Positions 11,871 to 24,866 of a stretch of 64,000 bases of DNA are shown one piece after another. The DNA is from Pavona decussata (lineage: Eukaryota), in assembly GCA_977016875.1 (NCBI GenBank), contig CDRNST010000088.1:2790001-2854000 (forward strand), read 5' to 3'. Each line of letters starts with the position of its first letter. The first letter of the stretch is position 1. Below the pieces are notes generated by a model. The model searched no databases. It had not been told where the DNA came from and worked only from the letters and a program-made list of their open reading frames with translations. Position numbers and translations under genes: made by a program.

Positions 11871-12288
11871 TGCATGCTTGTATGCGGGTTTTTACTGTAA
11901 ACGTCAGTTGTTGGACTGCTTGAGCGTCCAACCATCAATTTGTTGTATTTAGTTATCTATGTTTTTAAGAGGAAAATAATTTACGTTCGTTTGAGTGTAT
12001 CTAATTAGAACGAAAACATATTTTCAGTTGACTGGGTAAAGAACAAAGAAACTACTCCAACTAAACATAGTGAAGACAAAGTTGAAGATGATCCAAAAGT
12101 GCTGAAGAGAAAACCTGTAAAGACAGTTCATTGTCTCTAAACCAGAGAAATTCCACAGTGAACAAAGCTGAGCCATTTGGTTGCTATGTTTGTAAAACAC
12201 TTAAAAAAATGTAACCTATGACGAGGAACATTGCCCAATATTACATCAACATTCTTTTTCAGGCACAAATAGGGACACTAAACCAAAC

Positions 12289-13030
12289 CGGTCAGTATAA
12301 AATGCAGACTGCGGACTGCAGACTGAGACCAAAACTGCCTCTTCATCAAATACAGCATACATTTTGAATTTTTCAACTTAACTTCTTAAGTGTCATACAA
12401 TCGTCTTTCGAGATCATTTCCCATGAAATTGACATTATTATATTCTTTTCGAAAAACGTCAACCTTGAAATAAACAACCCCAAAGCATGACATAAACAAT
12501 AATGTGGAAACATTACCTTTACTTCGCACCTGGTTGACCTTTTCGCTGCTTTGCGTCAACAGGATATTGGCAAACATCGGTAAATGGCAGTCAGGGTAGC
12601 AGTATAATGTCTTTTTTTTAAATAACATATGTGTTCATTTGTTGCTAGAATACTGAAGGTATACAATTTACCTTTGACAAACTTCGTTAATATTCAAAGA
12701 AACTAGTTAAAACTGTCAATGTCAAATTGCTTGCCCCCTTGGAAATCAAGTCTGTTTTCCTCATTATAATAATTATGAAAACCATCATGGGCGTAATTGT
12801 TTACGAACTATAAATGCAAAGCGATTAAGCTCGAGACTTCTTCGTGAAGAAAGGGCCTCAGGAAAAGAAGGCTACCAAATCGAGATAAAGAAAACAAACT
12901 GTTAGGAAAGTGGCCAAAAATAAGGTCAATTTCATGGGAGATGATCTCGGAAATGTGATTGCGTGACACTAGGGTAAGTTGAAAATTGACAATGTATCTG
13001 CAATCTGCAGTCTTCATTTTATACTGACCG
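12289..13030. mobile_element. Non-autonomous TIR element (MULE-like by TSD length), 742 bp
   Basis: About 34-bp TIR CGGTCAGTATAAAATG(C/A)AGACTGC...; perfect 10-bp TSD TAAACCAAAC at 12279-12288 and 13031-13040. Confidence 0.85.
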
Positions 13031-14461
13031 TAAACCAAACCCAATGCAGTCAATGTTAACTATACAGCAGCAATCAATTGTTGGTCCACAACAAGCATCA
13101 TTGTTGCCTCCACCGCAAACACCATGTTAGGGTCTTGTAAAACTTATTATTTTTGACAAACCAAAAAGAAGCTGTTGAATTGATATTTGGTGGAATAACG
13201 GATTTAGATAGAAGAAGACCTGCTGATTAACGCTTGCAAGTTCATAAAATCTAATTGTAGTATAGCTTTGAGTTAGGAGGATGTTTTGCAGGTCAATCCA
13301 TGGTTTAACATGAAAACGAGGCTGGCAAGAACAACAGCGTTTCTTTGGCGTTTCTAACACATATTGTGGTACAAACTAATGATGTGACCTCAGTTCCTTA
13401 ACAAGAAGTTTGTTTAGTTACTTGAGACGTGACATCATATCACGTGAGAAGTTGCGTGACTGAATATGTCAGAAAGTTGTTGGAAAGGTATTGATTACTA
13501 CGGTTTCCTTTCATTTCAAACATTTCTCTATCACCTCAAGGGAAGAAGCAATCGCCCAGAGTGTTTCAGCGATTTCGCAGGCTTATTCATATAGTTATTT
13601 CTATAACTGCAGATATGTGCAAAGCAGTAAAGTTGAAACCAAACTATTGTCACAAGTAGTATAGTATAACTTTTGTTTGTTATAAATACAAGTATGATGC
13701 AACAAATTTCCATTTGACTGTGTTTAAGTTGCACAAAGCCTTCAAACACTTTCGCGCTCTCTGATTGGTTAACTTGTAAAAAAGTTTGTTGGGTGGCTAC
13801 AGTAAGGCGCGTCGCACTGTAATGCAACCACATCCTGGCTTCTGTTGACAACTGTGATTACAGATAAAAGGTCAAACTTCTTATCAGCCATTTCTTTAAC
13901 TTAAAAGAAAACTTTAAAACTTGGTAGTGAGTAATGAATTATGAAATGTGTACAGTTATTTATGTTTACTGTGCAATCTTAGTTATTTGAAACCTCTATT
14001 TTCCAACACTCCGGATTCTTTGAAGAAGTAGTTGTTAATTCTCTTGGATTTGCTTCAGTCAGGTTATTACCTATTTTTTTTAAACAAAATTCAGTTTCCT
14101 TGGGAGGTTAAAAGAATTGGTATTCCACTGTAGTAATTTATGTATCATTATTATACAAATGTTATACACCAAGTCAATTGTTTACTTTTAGTTACTTTTA
14201 ATTATCCAACAATAACTGTTTATTGTTCATGGGTTTGGTGGCATTAGTGACCAACTCTACAGTTTTGTACACCTTATCACATAGTCTGGTATAACTTTTC
14301 CAGCAACATAAGGAAAAACACTAATATTATTTTCGTTTTCCATTCTGTCCAGGGTTTATGTAAAATCTTTATTTATAAAGGAAAAGTTTAAAACACTGAT
14401 TGTTATGAAAAAAATTTCAAGTAATAAAATGCTTTTAATTTGCAATATTTCAAGCAGAGTA

Positions 14462-17400
14462 TTAACTCTCTCATAAGCGACCACCCTTTGGGCACGACAA
14501 AGTGGTCGCTTACAGGAGGTGGTCTCTTACGGGAAAGATTAACAAAATAAGCCTACTACTGGATTGATTAATTAATTACATAAAAATACCTTGACAGCTA
14601 AAATTAGGCAAATATAAACAAATTTATTTGATGTTTTCACATCATTTCATTCTTCTGCTGAAACTTTGTATAACATTTTGGAACAGATCACTGTAACAAT
14701 TCCCGTTTAACAAAAGATCTACAGTCAAACCTGTATTAAGCAGACACCCTTGGGACCCTTGCTAGTGTCCGCATAATACAGGGTGTCCGCTGAAAACAGG
14801 TTCCCTTACAATTCGTATTATAAGGGTCATATTATTATTCCTAAGTACTAAATGGCCTTGGGACTGTCAAATACCATTCCCGTGAGCGTACGATAACTCT
14901 GGAATACCGTACTTTCAAAAACAATGACAAGTATATGTGATCATTTTCTTTATTAGCACATGTAAGGATATTTAACTTCAACAGAATCTATATTGACCGA
15001 ATTATGTAAAGGTTTACACAATCAAACAAGAATAAAACTTCTGTGACAAACAAAACCGAACAATAATATAAAATGTCACATTTCTACGGTTCATGCCGAG
15101 TAGGCTGGCGAGAATATTTTCTATACGTACATTACAACAGTAAACTCTAAGCGAAAAAACATGTACAAAACAAAGCAACAAGAAATGCCTAAAAACTTAT
15201 TTTGTAAAGAAAGTGTCAATTCGTGACTGCTTCAGTTTCTGAAGCCTACTGATTTGAAGAAGGTTGTTTACTTTATTGATAGCCAGTGAAAGGTCCTTCC
15301 TTCCATGGTTGCGAGAATACTCTAATAACATGTCTGTCAATTTTAAAGCCTCGTGGTCAGATTTGACGGCTGGCTCTTTTTCATCCAGTTTAACCTCTTC
15401 ACCGGAGTCACTATCCACATGGATTCTCTTTGCTGGAGTTGACTCTGAAGAAGTACTTTCAAAGCGTTCCTCTCTTGCTTTCTCTCTCCATTTGGGATCA
15501 GCAGGGTCAAGAAGACCAGGGCAGACTTGAATCTGGTTTGTCATTGGCTAAGAACTCGTTGGCAGTACAGGGGACATCAAGTGCTGTTATCAGTTCTTGC
15601 AAACTTGAAAGATCTTCCCCTTCAAAAGGGTCGTCCTCCTCGTCAACTTTGTCTGGGTATAAGCCTGTTCTCTTGAATCATTTCACGATTGTTTCGCTTG
15701 AAACGTCATCCCATGCGTGTCTTCCCCACTCAATGGACATAAGCACCTTGACAGACTTCACAATATCACTTGCACTGTTGGAACCATCAACTTTACTGCA
15801 CACATAGTGCAATAACTTTTTCTTGTATTTACACTTCCAACTTGCGATAATTCCGCTATCCAGTGGCTGCGTCTTTGATGTTGTATTTTTGGGTAAAAAA
15901 TAGACGGTTATGTTACGGAGGTGAAAACTAGCTGGGTGGCATGGGGCATTGTCCATGAACAGCAAAATCTCTCTTTGTTGTCTTTGCAAACGACGGTCTA
16001 GGGAGAGTAAGATTTCTAACATGAGGTCAGAATTCATCCAGGCCTTGTTATTTGCAACATAATGGCATTTGTAAGGACGGCTTATATCTTTAAGATTCTT
16101 AAAACATCTCGGCTTTTCAGACTTGCCGATCACGATGGGGTCCTCTTTCCCACCTGCAGCGTTGACAAAATGCCCATGTGTTCCGCTGCATTGATTTTTT
16201 CCCGCCAGTGCAACAACCTCCCTTTTCATTGAGGCTTACTTCTGGAAGACCTTTCCAAAAACAGCCAGCTTCGTCCATGTTCCAGATATTTTCTGGCTTT
16301 CAGCCTCGTGTTTGCTCTTTGGATCTTTCTTTCCAGCTCTCTAGAGTTTTGGAACGTACATCTCCTTCTTCCCCTGCAACGCTCATTGTGGTTATATTTC
16401 GCGTATTTTTAATGATTCTAGCCAGACATTTGAAGCTGTGAATCCGTTAATTCCTAATTTATCAGCTATGATCATAGGCTCTTCTTGCAGCATTGCCCCA
16501 GAGACTGGTATATTGGATGACCTGCACAGCGTATACCAGTCCCATAGTGACTGATTGACATCTCCAAACTTTCCACAACCTTCTCTTTTCTGTTTTTGGC
16601 CTTTACTTAGATTACTGTGGTAGAGAGCTAAGATTTCATCTTTCTTCTTCATTATGGACTGGATCTGCATTCTTCCAACCCCGAATGTTGGAGCAATCTT
16701 CCTGTATCCTAAGTTTGGATTTTTCTCTGCAAACTTGATAATTTCAACTCTTTTCTCCAGTGTGAGGCAGGATCTGGCACTGCAAGGAAAGCTTGGAGGC
16801 TGAAGTTTTGCGGGATGAGGAGGGTTTTGCCACATTAGAACTGACTGTAGTTCATCGACGCTGATGTTGTTGTTTTCTTTGCTACATGGGACACAAAATG
16901 CAACGCTGTGGCCAGCCTTCCACCCAGCCGTTTCCTCGACAGCAGTAATAAAGCAGTCATTACTTCTGTTGCACACCAGTCCACTGCACTTTAGACATTG
17001 ATAGTGTTTCTTCTTTGCAATTCTAGCATGGCCCAGCAGTTTCTTGCACTGATGTCGACATGACTGTCGCGTCAGGCAAACTTACACGTGGGTACTTTTG
17101 CAATACAAGTAATGCATTTGTCAGGGCTGTTATCAACTTGTTGGTGACAACGAATGCATTTTGATGCCTAGAAAATAACACCCAAACGAAATAACAGATC
17201 TTGTGGAAATAGTCTGGCATGTAACAAACTCAGGAGTAGTAAAAATTACTTGAAAGATGGTCAATAGAGGCGGTGGGTATGGTTTAGAGCTACCCTGCGA
17301 GTACAATACTACATGCTTTAATGGGACACATTTTCATGTAACTAGTTGAGACAGAAATTGATGAAAGAAGGTTTTGTATATTGCATGTAATTAATTTTAC

Positions 17401-18065
17401 AGATATGTCTTCAGGTACATGAATTGCCACACAAATGTTCTGTCGGTGAGGTCAGGTGTTAATCAGGCTACCAACAGAGATATTTCCTGTTTGTTAGGTG
17501 TCTACAAAGACATGACAGCTCTTTTGTCGGCAAATATAAATGGCCGATATATTAAAACGTGGACAAAACACATCTGCAGTGTCCGTTGAATACAGGTTTT
17601 AAACAATAGAAGTGACCATAAAAATCAAGTTTAAGGTGTCCGCGTCCGCTTAATAGAGGTGTCCATTCAATACAGGTATTTTTTGTAAATATGGGAGAGA
17701 AAAAATGGGACTTGTGCTGCTGTCCGCTTAATACAGGTTTCACTATAATTAAAGCGGTCTTCTCTGTCTGTAGCCTGTTATTATCTGTCAGCAGTCTGGG
17801 GTAGCGTCATTAAAAACTGAACTTTTGTAACTTCTGAGTAATGATTTACTAACAATCATAAATGATTATGTTAGGTGGTTGCTTACCGAAAGCAGAAAAC
17901 TAAAGAATATGTGTAAATTCTGGCCAAAAAAGTGGTCACGGTCCCTTAAGAAATTTAAGTGGTGGTCGCCTATAGAGAGCTCTTGAAACAGTATTTAACT
18001 AGGACAAAACGGTTGTTTATGAAGTGGTCGCTTACAAGAAGCAGTCACTATAAGGGAGTTGACTG
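14462..18065. mobile_element. Tc1/mariner-Tigger-type MITE (about 580 bp net) hosting the Tigger element
   Basis: Left end aactctctcataagcgacc (outer bases deleted); right end agggagttgactg followed by TA; internal gtggtcgctta repeats. Confidence 0.65.
14722..17745 (-). mobile_element. pogo/Tigger DNA transposon with frameshifted transposase (about 15197-16830)
   Basis: TIR CAGTCAAACCTGTATTAAGCAGACA / TGTCCGCTTAATACAGGTTTCACTA with TA TSDs. HTH_psq (LTLEKRVEII), CENP-B HTH (FTASNVWLE), WNMDEAG, KAWMN, LLFMDNAPCH, LPKNTTSKTQPLDSGII and the LKQSRIDTFF tail. Confidence 0.92.
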
Positions 18066-18869
18066 TACATCATTTTGTGAATTCAGAAAAGGGCTTTTAT
18101 ATGCACACTCAACTCTCTCTAGGCACTCTTGTACCTTCTATTTTTTTTTTCTCTCGGAAAAACAGGATCACAAAAAGTAACGTAAGGAATATTTTTTACA
18201 GAATGGTTATTAAATGATACATGATAGGTAAGTTGCTGTGTATAAACTGAATGGGACTTCTCAGATGAGATGCTATATCCATAAGCTGGAGTGATGAAGC
18301 CGCAGCTATTTAGTGTTTATCATTCTAATGACTTCTTCAATTGCAATTTTAATATTATCTTGATTAAATATTTAAGGTTTTTCTTAGAAAATTGCTGCCT
18401 CTTCAGAGAAAAAAAACAACAAAACAAACAGTTTAAAGGTGTTCATGCATACATAAAGTTTTGAAGTTACAGTATCTTACCTATTGATAGAGCAATCGGA
18501 CCTTTTGCCTTCCACTGACACAGCAAAACCCCTTGTACTTTAAGCAATAATCACACTATAAATTTCCTTCAACCCAACAAATCTGCTGTTAGAACGGAAC
18601 ATTTGCACACAGTCATGCAGGAAAAATAAGATGAGGCGTAGGAAAAATTGATTTTTTCCAAACTTGAAAATTTCTGCAAAGTTTCCTAGCGCTTAGAAAG
18701 ATCCCTTGCTATTTTTATTCACCATCCTAATACAAGGAACGTCTAAACACTGCCATTTTTATCCAAATCTCTAGAAGAAAGGAAGGACAACTAAAATTTG
18801 CCCCTTCAAGCACCATATTTGTTAATGAAATTTAAGTTCGCACATATGTACAAAGAATCTGGGTACTAG

Positions 18870-18930
18870 TAACGTTGTTCCCAGAGGCTGCGTTCCTTTT
18901 CCAAAGGTGCAGGCTCTGGGGACGAGATTG
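18870..18930. mobile_element. About 60-bp hairpin micro-MITE (CAACCTCGTTCCCAG family)
   Basis: Imperfect palindrome flanked by gggtactag / gggtacaag (9-bp TSD, 1 mismatch). Confidence 0.6.
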
Positions 18931-19869
18931 GGGTACAAGCACAAAGATCTTTCCGGCAACAAATAAATTTTCCTTATCGTACGCATTTCAAGCTTTACAC
19001 TGATACATTTATAGTTTCCACAGGACAAACATTTGTGGAGAGCTTAATTTTTTCATCCACAAGTATTTTATACTCTCGAATGCATTGGAAATTAGCACTG
19101 TGATCTTGCACGATCAACAAGAGCAGCTGGTTTAAAACATTTTCGGGTGACGCATAAACAGTTTGGTTAATATGCACTTAAGATATACATAATAAACTCC
19201 AGAAAAGGATGAGGAACTTGCATGTACATAAATGGTGTTAAAGAAGAATTGTGGAGCTCCGATTTTAGACTGGGCTAAATATTTATGTTCTTATTCCTAC
19301 CTAAGACTAATCTTTGTCCAAAGCTTCCGTAGATTGACTTTACTTAACGATCTCAGGCGTCCTTATCACTAACCTCGAAACAGTTAGTGTCTTCGGGATT
19401 GTCGCCATTCCTATGCAGCTGGTAGTTATTTCCTTTTTCAAGGTCCCCTTTTATGTAAAAGCACATGCCTGGGCAAGGGACGGATTCACTGGCCCAGAGG
19501 CACTTGTTTCTTTTCATTTTCTTCTAGGATCAACATCGTGGTATTTACCCCAGCTCTAGCAGATGCAAGTGATCGTCATTTTACTGATGTGATCATTGTT
19601 ATGTCCCATCAGTCCCGTGTTATGTCTGCAGTGTGTCTGTTGTATGGATCTGTTATATCCAAACATTGACGGGAATTTTATCTGGATTATAATAGAGAGT
19701 AATATTAATCCAGATGATATTATTAATAATAATCTAATCCTTTCAATTTTTTGCCGTGCTTTAATCTATTACTGGATTATAATAATTTATTACCACATTA
19801 TAATAACCCTATTATAATCTATCATTATTATAATCCATGGATTAATATTAATCCGAGTTCTCCTGAATA

Positions 19870-20558
19870 AAATACCTACAAGCATTAATAAGCATTCTGG
19901 AAAATATTCCTTACAGTACATTTCATCATCCTGTTTTTCTGAGAAAAAAATGGAAGGTACAAGCGTGCTTAAAGAGAGTTGAGTGTGCATATCATAGTCC
20001 TCTGCTGAATATTTCACAAAATTATGTACAACTAATACTTTGCTTGAAATATTGCAAATTAAAAGCATTTTATCACTTTTTCCTTCAAAACAATCAATGG
20101 TTTAAACTGCTCTTATGTAAATAAAGAATATTTTACATAAACCCTGTACAAAATGGAAAAGGAAATATTAATTAGTATTTTTCCTTCTATTACTAAAAAA
20201 GTTATACCAGACTGTGATAAGGGGTAGAAAACTGTAGCACTGGTCACTGACGTCACAAAACCCATAAAAATTAAACAGTTATTGTTGGATTATCAGAAGC
20301 AAGTAAAGAAAACAATTGACTTGGTGTATAACATTTTGTGTAATATTCTAAAGTTATATAAATCACTACAGTGGAATACCAATTTTTTTAACCTCACAGG
20401 GAAACTGAATTTTGTTCAAAAAAATAGGAGGTAAAAACCTGACTGAAGCAAATCCAAGAGAATTAATAACTACTGGTTCAAAAAATCGGGAGTGTAGAAA
20501 AATTGAGGGTTCAAATAACTGAGATTGCACTGGAAAAATTAATAACTGTACATATTTC
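19870..20558 (-). repeat. Arm B of the inverted duplication (continues at 48396-48516 after the LINE)
   Basis: Reverse-complement match to 13940-14463 and 18066-18230; includes the same ~165-bp TcMar MITE (20367-20532 vs 13970-14131). Confidence 0.85.
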
Positions 20559-22128
20559 TTTCTATTTCTTTTTTTTGTTATTTTATCTATTCAATCACAC
20601 TGATATGTTACAGAAAGCGCATACTTACAACAAGGTATTAAATAAAAGGGAATCAGACGAATTGCATCTTACAACATGCACAATAGATAGCCTGATTATA
20701 TTACTGACTAAATTTAATTGACAGCATCTTAATCATTGTAAAAGTTTCTAAATAGTGTTTAACAATTGCGGAGTTTTTCTTGTTGGTATTTAATTTCTAT
20801 TTGGTTAGCAGAGTCCAAGAGAGTAAGAGCTTTGTTGTGAAAATTACAAGAACAGATGTAGAATCTCATAAATAACAGTGTAGTTTAATTTTGCTGCAAG
20901 GTGGATATTGTTAGATAATTTTCAGATAAACCAAATAAAGATTCTTTCAATGAAGGGAGACAGTTAGAGTTATTCATAGAGTTGAACCACCTGGAAACAC
21001 TTTCCCTAAGGACTGTGTGAATTGACAGTTAATGAAGGCATGGTCTATGGAATCCTCTTCACTGCAAAATAAACAATCACTCTCTTGTTTGATTCCAAAA
21101 CGAAACAGTTCTTTTTTGGTGATAACTATCCTATGAAAAAATTAAATTGAAATTCTTTCAATTTATTCTTTTTACAGATCTTTCTCACCGACTTGAACAA
21201 TGTTTGCCATTTATTTCATCCTGTGTTAAGGTTTTTTTTTCCATTTCTCTGGCCCAGTTGGCAGTGATGTGAGATTCCGTTCCTTTAATATCCAATAAAA
21301 CTCCTTAGCTTAAGCTTTGTCTAAATTTAGCTCATGACTATTTAACAGCTTGAATAGTGGAGATCTCTCCACATAGAATGTTTTTGAAATGTCGTCTAGA
21401 TTTCTTGCTTTTGACAGAAGATAATGAGGAATAGTGCTCACAACTTGGTAAAAATTCAGGAGGTTGGTTTTGCAACTACATTTCCTTTAGAACTCTTCAT
21501 AGGTTAGAATTTGTCCATTGTCGTGAAGGAGATCCTTTATTGACATAACTCCTTTAGAGAACCATTCCCTATTAAACAAAGTTATCTCCCGTTCATCTTC
21601 TTGTTTAAGCCGAGATTTAATTTGGACGAAGAAAGACAGTATATCTCTATAAAAATAGGTAATTTTGGGTCTAGATACCTTGGGCCGTCGTTGCATCTTA
21701 ACAAAAAATTGAGGCCTCCAAGTTTCTGGAAAAAATTGTCAGGTATAAATTTCCAGTTTCGCTTTACTGGATTGAGAAGTCTTGGCAGCCACGCCAGACG
21801 TAAGGCTTTTAACACAAGGTCAAGGTTAGGCATACAAATTCCTCCCTTTTCGTAATCTTGATATACACATTCTCTTTTGATTTTGTCCTTTTTGTTCTTC
21901 TAAAGGAAACTGAAGAGCTTATACTGGGTATAATTTGTGAAATCTATCGTTACATTAAGATTTGAAGCCGAGTAGACAAGTTGTGACATCCCGATCGATT
22001 TAATTATAAGAACCTTTCCAAATAGTGTTACATTTCTTCATTTCCATAGATCTTGATTGGTTTGTAATTTTGGATCTTAATCGCAAAATTATGGTAGTTG
22101 TTCTGTTTTTCGTCATAAGAAAAGTGAA
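20559..22128 (-). mobile_element. L1/Tx1-clade LINE, 3' part (RT C-terminus, zinc knuckle, A-rich tail)
   Basis: HFSYDEK...LW..RNVTLFGKVLIIKS...EKGGICMPNL...LRLAWL...CLFCSEEDSIDHAF. T-rich tail on the + strand. 16-bp TSD taactgtacat(a/g)tttc at 20543-20558 and 48380-48395. Confidence 0.9.
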
Positions 22129-22189
22129 CCGAAGTGTGACGTCATGTTACCATGGGCACGATTTGAGTGATTCTAAACAAAGAACCATT

Positions 22190-23378
22190 CGAACCAATAT
22201 AACGAAAACTGCTCTTACTTCTTTCTTTTCTGGTGAGCCAAAATGAATTGAACGTGGCCAAAATATCATCATAAGTCTGATCATATAGAGTATTTTTAGT
22301 ATTCCAATGGAATAATTAAAGGATTGGTACATGCTAGTATGAAGGAAAAGTCTTACAAGATTACGGTAAGTAAACTTGCAAGCTCATAACACTCGTAATC
22401 ATCTGTTAAAAACGTATGCCCCCTCTCTCTACTTTATAATAAAGGTCTCTCTCCATGGAAGTGAAATAAAGTCTGCTGAGTGCGAATGTCCCTGTGGAAA
22501 CTATAAATGTAGCATGCCGCGGCACTCATTATCTACGGAATTTATAATCTTAGCCGGACGGATATAGAATGCGAATGGAAAAAGCCTACGGCTCCAAATC
22601 AAGTGAAATCTGTGGCAGAGTTATATCCTTGCTCAAGAGTATAACTGTCTTAGGAGAAAAATAAACAAAGAGGATCGTTCCTGATTCTACCAAGAACTAA
22701 AAAAGGATGGGAACTTTACCGGCACTTTGTGGCTTCTCTCTCCTGAGCCTGAAAAGAGCATAGCCCTGCCTGTGATTACTGTGGAAGAGATTGTGTTGTC
22801 AGCGGAATTTGTAAACCATGTGGATAAGAAGAGTTACTTTACCGAGAAACTTCGCATGTCTGAAGACCTGCGTATAGCTGTAAATAAAGCCACTCTTGGA
22901 CAACGAGATAACCCTTCCTGGCACATGATAGGGAAAGGAAGACTGACGGCCAGTAATTTTGGTAGTGTTTTGAACTGTAAGAGAGTCACTCCATCCCTTA
23001 TAAATCGAGTGCTTGGCCAGTATGATTTATCAAGGGTTCAAGCTATTAATTGGGGCATAATCAGCCAAAATGAGGCAAAGAAAATGTTTGAACAAAAAAG
23101 AAAGCTATGTGTAGAAGCAATTTCATCAGATAAATGTTATTTTAAAAAAAAATTCAGAAGGGCACTATGAGCTGGATAAAGGACATGTTTACTGGCATCA
23201 AGTACAGGGGCAGTTATATTAAGCTGAAAGTGAGATCTGCTATTTTGTTGTTTGGACAACAAAAGAAACCCTCGTTCTCCAAATCAAAAAAGATCCTGCA
23301 TGGGTTGACAATCTTCGTCTCTTAAAAGAGTTTTACACTAAACATATAATCCCAGCATTTGCTAATGATCTACTGTAA
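22190..23378 (+). pseudogene. ISL2EU ORF2: SWIM zinc finger plus YqaJ/lambda-exonuclease, degraded, intron at about 22366-22443
   Basis: GLVHASMKEKSYK, AECECPCGNYKC, GQRDNPSWH...RLTASNFG and YWHQVQGQLY. Confidence 0.85.
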
Positions 23379-24866
23379 GGTTGTAGACACAGCCGCTCAG
23401 CCTTACTTGATTTTAGAGGGAAACATGCATATTTTCCATTCATGATCAGCATTTCTTTGTTCAATTGCAAATCACGTTCAAACCAAGAAATAAACTACCT
23501 TGAGTTAGTGATACACATTTTTTCATAGTATTCCCAATGTTGTTTTAATATAGAGTGGTTTTCATAAAGGTGTGAAATGCAACGACAGTAATGCAAAATA
23601 CCCATTTCTGTAAGTAGTGTAGCTTCAATATTCCATAATTTCTTTTATTTGGTTTTTACCCACTAGCTTATAATTTATTAATACACATTTAGCCCGAAAG
23701 CCACTCTTCTGTAGTTGAAGTTTTGAATACAATTTGTAATTAGTCTCTGTTTTCCATCCACTAATCGTTATTAAGTTGCAAAAAGGTATTGACTTAACTG
23801 TAGATAAAAACTGTAATGATATAATCTTAACATAAAATAAATGAAGATGAATGTTAGCTCGAAACACTCACTTTTAGACTGACTGTGTTGTAAAAATTAA
23901 TACTCCATGACCTAGCATTTGATCAAACACCAGACTTAAGACTGTAGAAATTAAGCAAGGGGGTGATGAAATTTGAGCCCCACCCCTCTGGAGTTTCCAA
24001 CCCCGGCCCTACACAGGTAAAAATGCCAGATTCTCAGTTTGGGAATTACAACGAAATTCCCTAATTAGCAACCCAAACTTGGGAATATCTTGGGTTTTTG
24101 TATTTCCAGAACTGGGAATTTACCACATGGTTATGATTTTGATTTTGAATTTGGGATCTACTCGATTCCCAAGTTGGGAATTAAATTAATTCCCAAAATT
24201 TCCATTCCAGTGTTTGAAATATGAATGGAGTCCTGGGAATGACCATGTAGTTGCAAATTACTGCCACCTTCCTCCCTTGCTTCTTTTTTAAAGTCAAGAG
24301 AACCTGAGAAGCAAAAAAATTACAAGAACTGAGAAAACTGTAGAAATAAAAAAAAAAGTAGTGACGATCATTGTATGGCCTTTATATCAAACGATCTGGC
24401 ATTTGCAAACAGTTACAACTTTACAGACACCAACATTGCAGATGAGATCCAAATAAAAGAAAAAGATAGAAATAAGAAAACTTTCTCCTGTCCTGATGAC
24501 AACATTGCCAAGTTTTAATAAGTGCGATAAAGTACAGTGGAAGCTTACTAAAGGTGGATTTCCACTGCCGCTTAAATTGTTACACATGCACGTAGACATT
24601 TTCTATGGTTGGGTACATTTTACGCGTGTAAACTAAATACAGGCAAGGCAAGACATTGGCGCGTCAGTGGAAATCCACCTTAACTCAAGCTTGCATCACT
24701 CAGAACTTCCCGCTATCAAAAATTACTTTCCCTGGCTTCAATTTGCCATACCATTTACCCGATAACTCTAACTCTATTTAAAGAATTGGTAAAACAAGTT
24801 TGACACTACTTTTTATCTTAAAATATTAATCTCAAAACCGTCTCTGATGAACCATCTTGTAACTTA

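Larger units (their letters stand above)
13822..18230 (+). repeat. Arm A of an ~800-bp inverted duplication (13822-14463 plus 18066-18230, split by Tigger insertions)
   Basis: Its reverse complement aligns by eye with 19870-20558 plus 48396-48516, e.g. tacagtggaataccaatt, gcttgaaatattgcaaattaaaagcatttta and gctgataagaagtttgacct. Confidence 0.85.

Noticed and set aside
12262-13130. Possible terminal exon (GTNRDTKPN-PMQSMLTIQQQ...PPPQTPC) split by the MULE-like MITE
   Set aside because: No recognisable homology and no linked exons.
19260-19600. Possible second DIRS remnant (cactggcc / gaggcacttg motifs plus acceptor)
   Set aside because: Too degraded to translate into diagnostic motifs.
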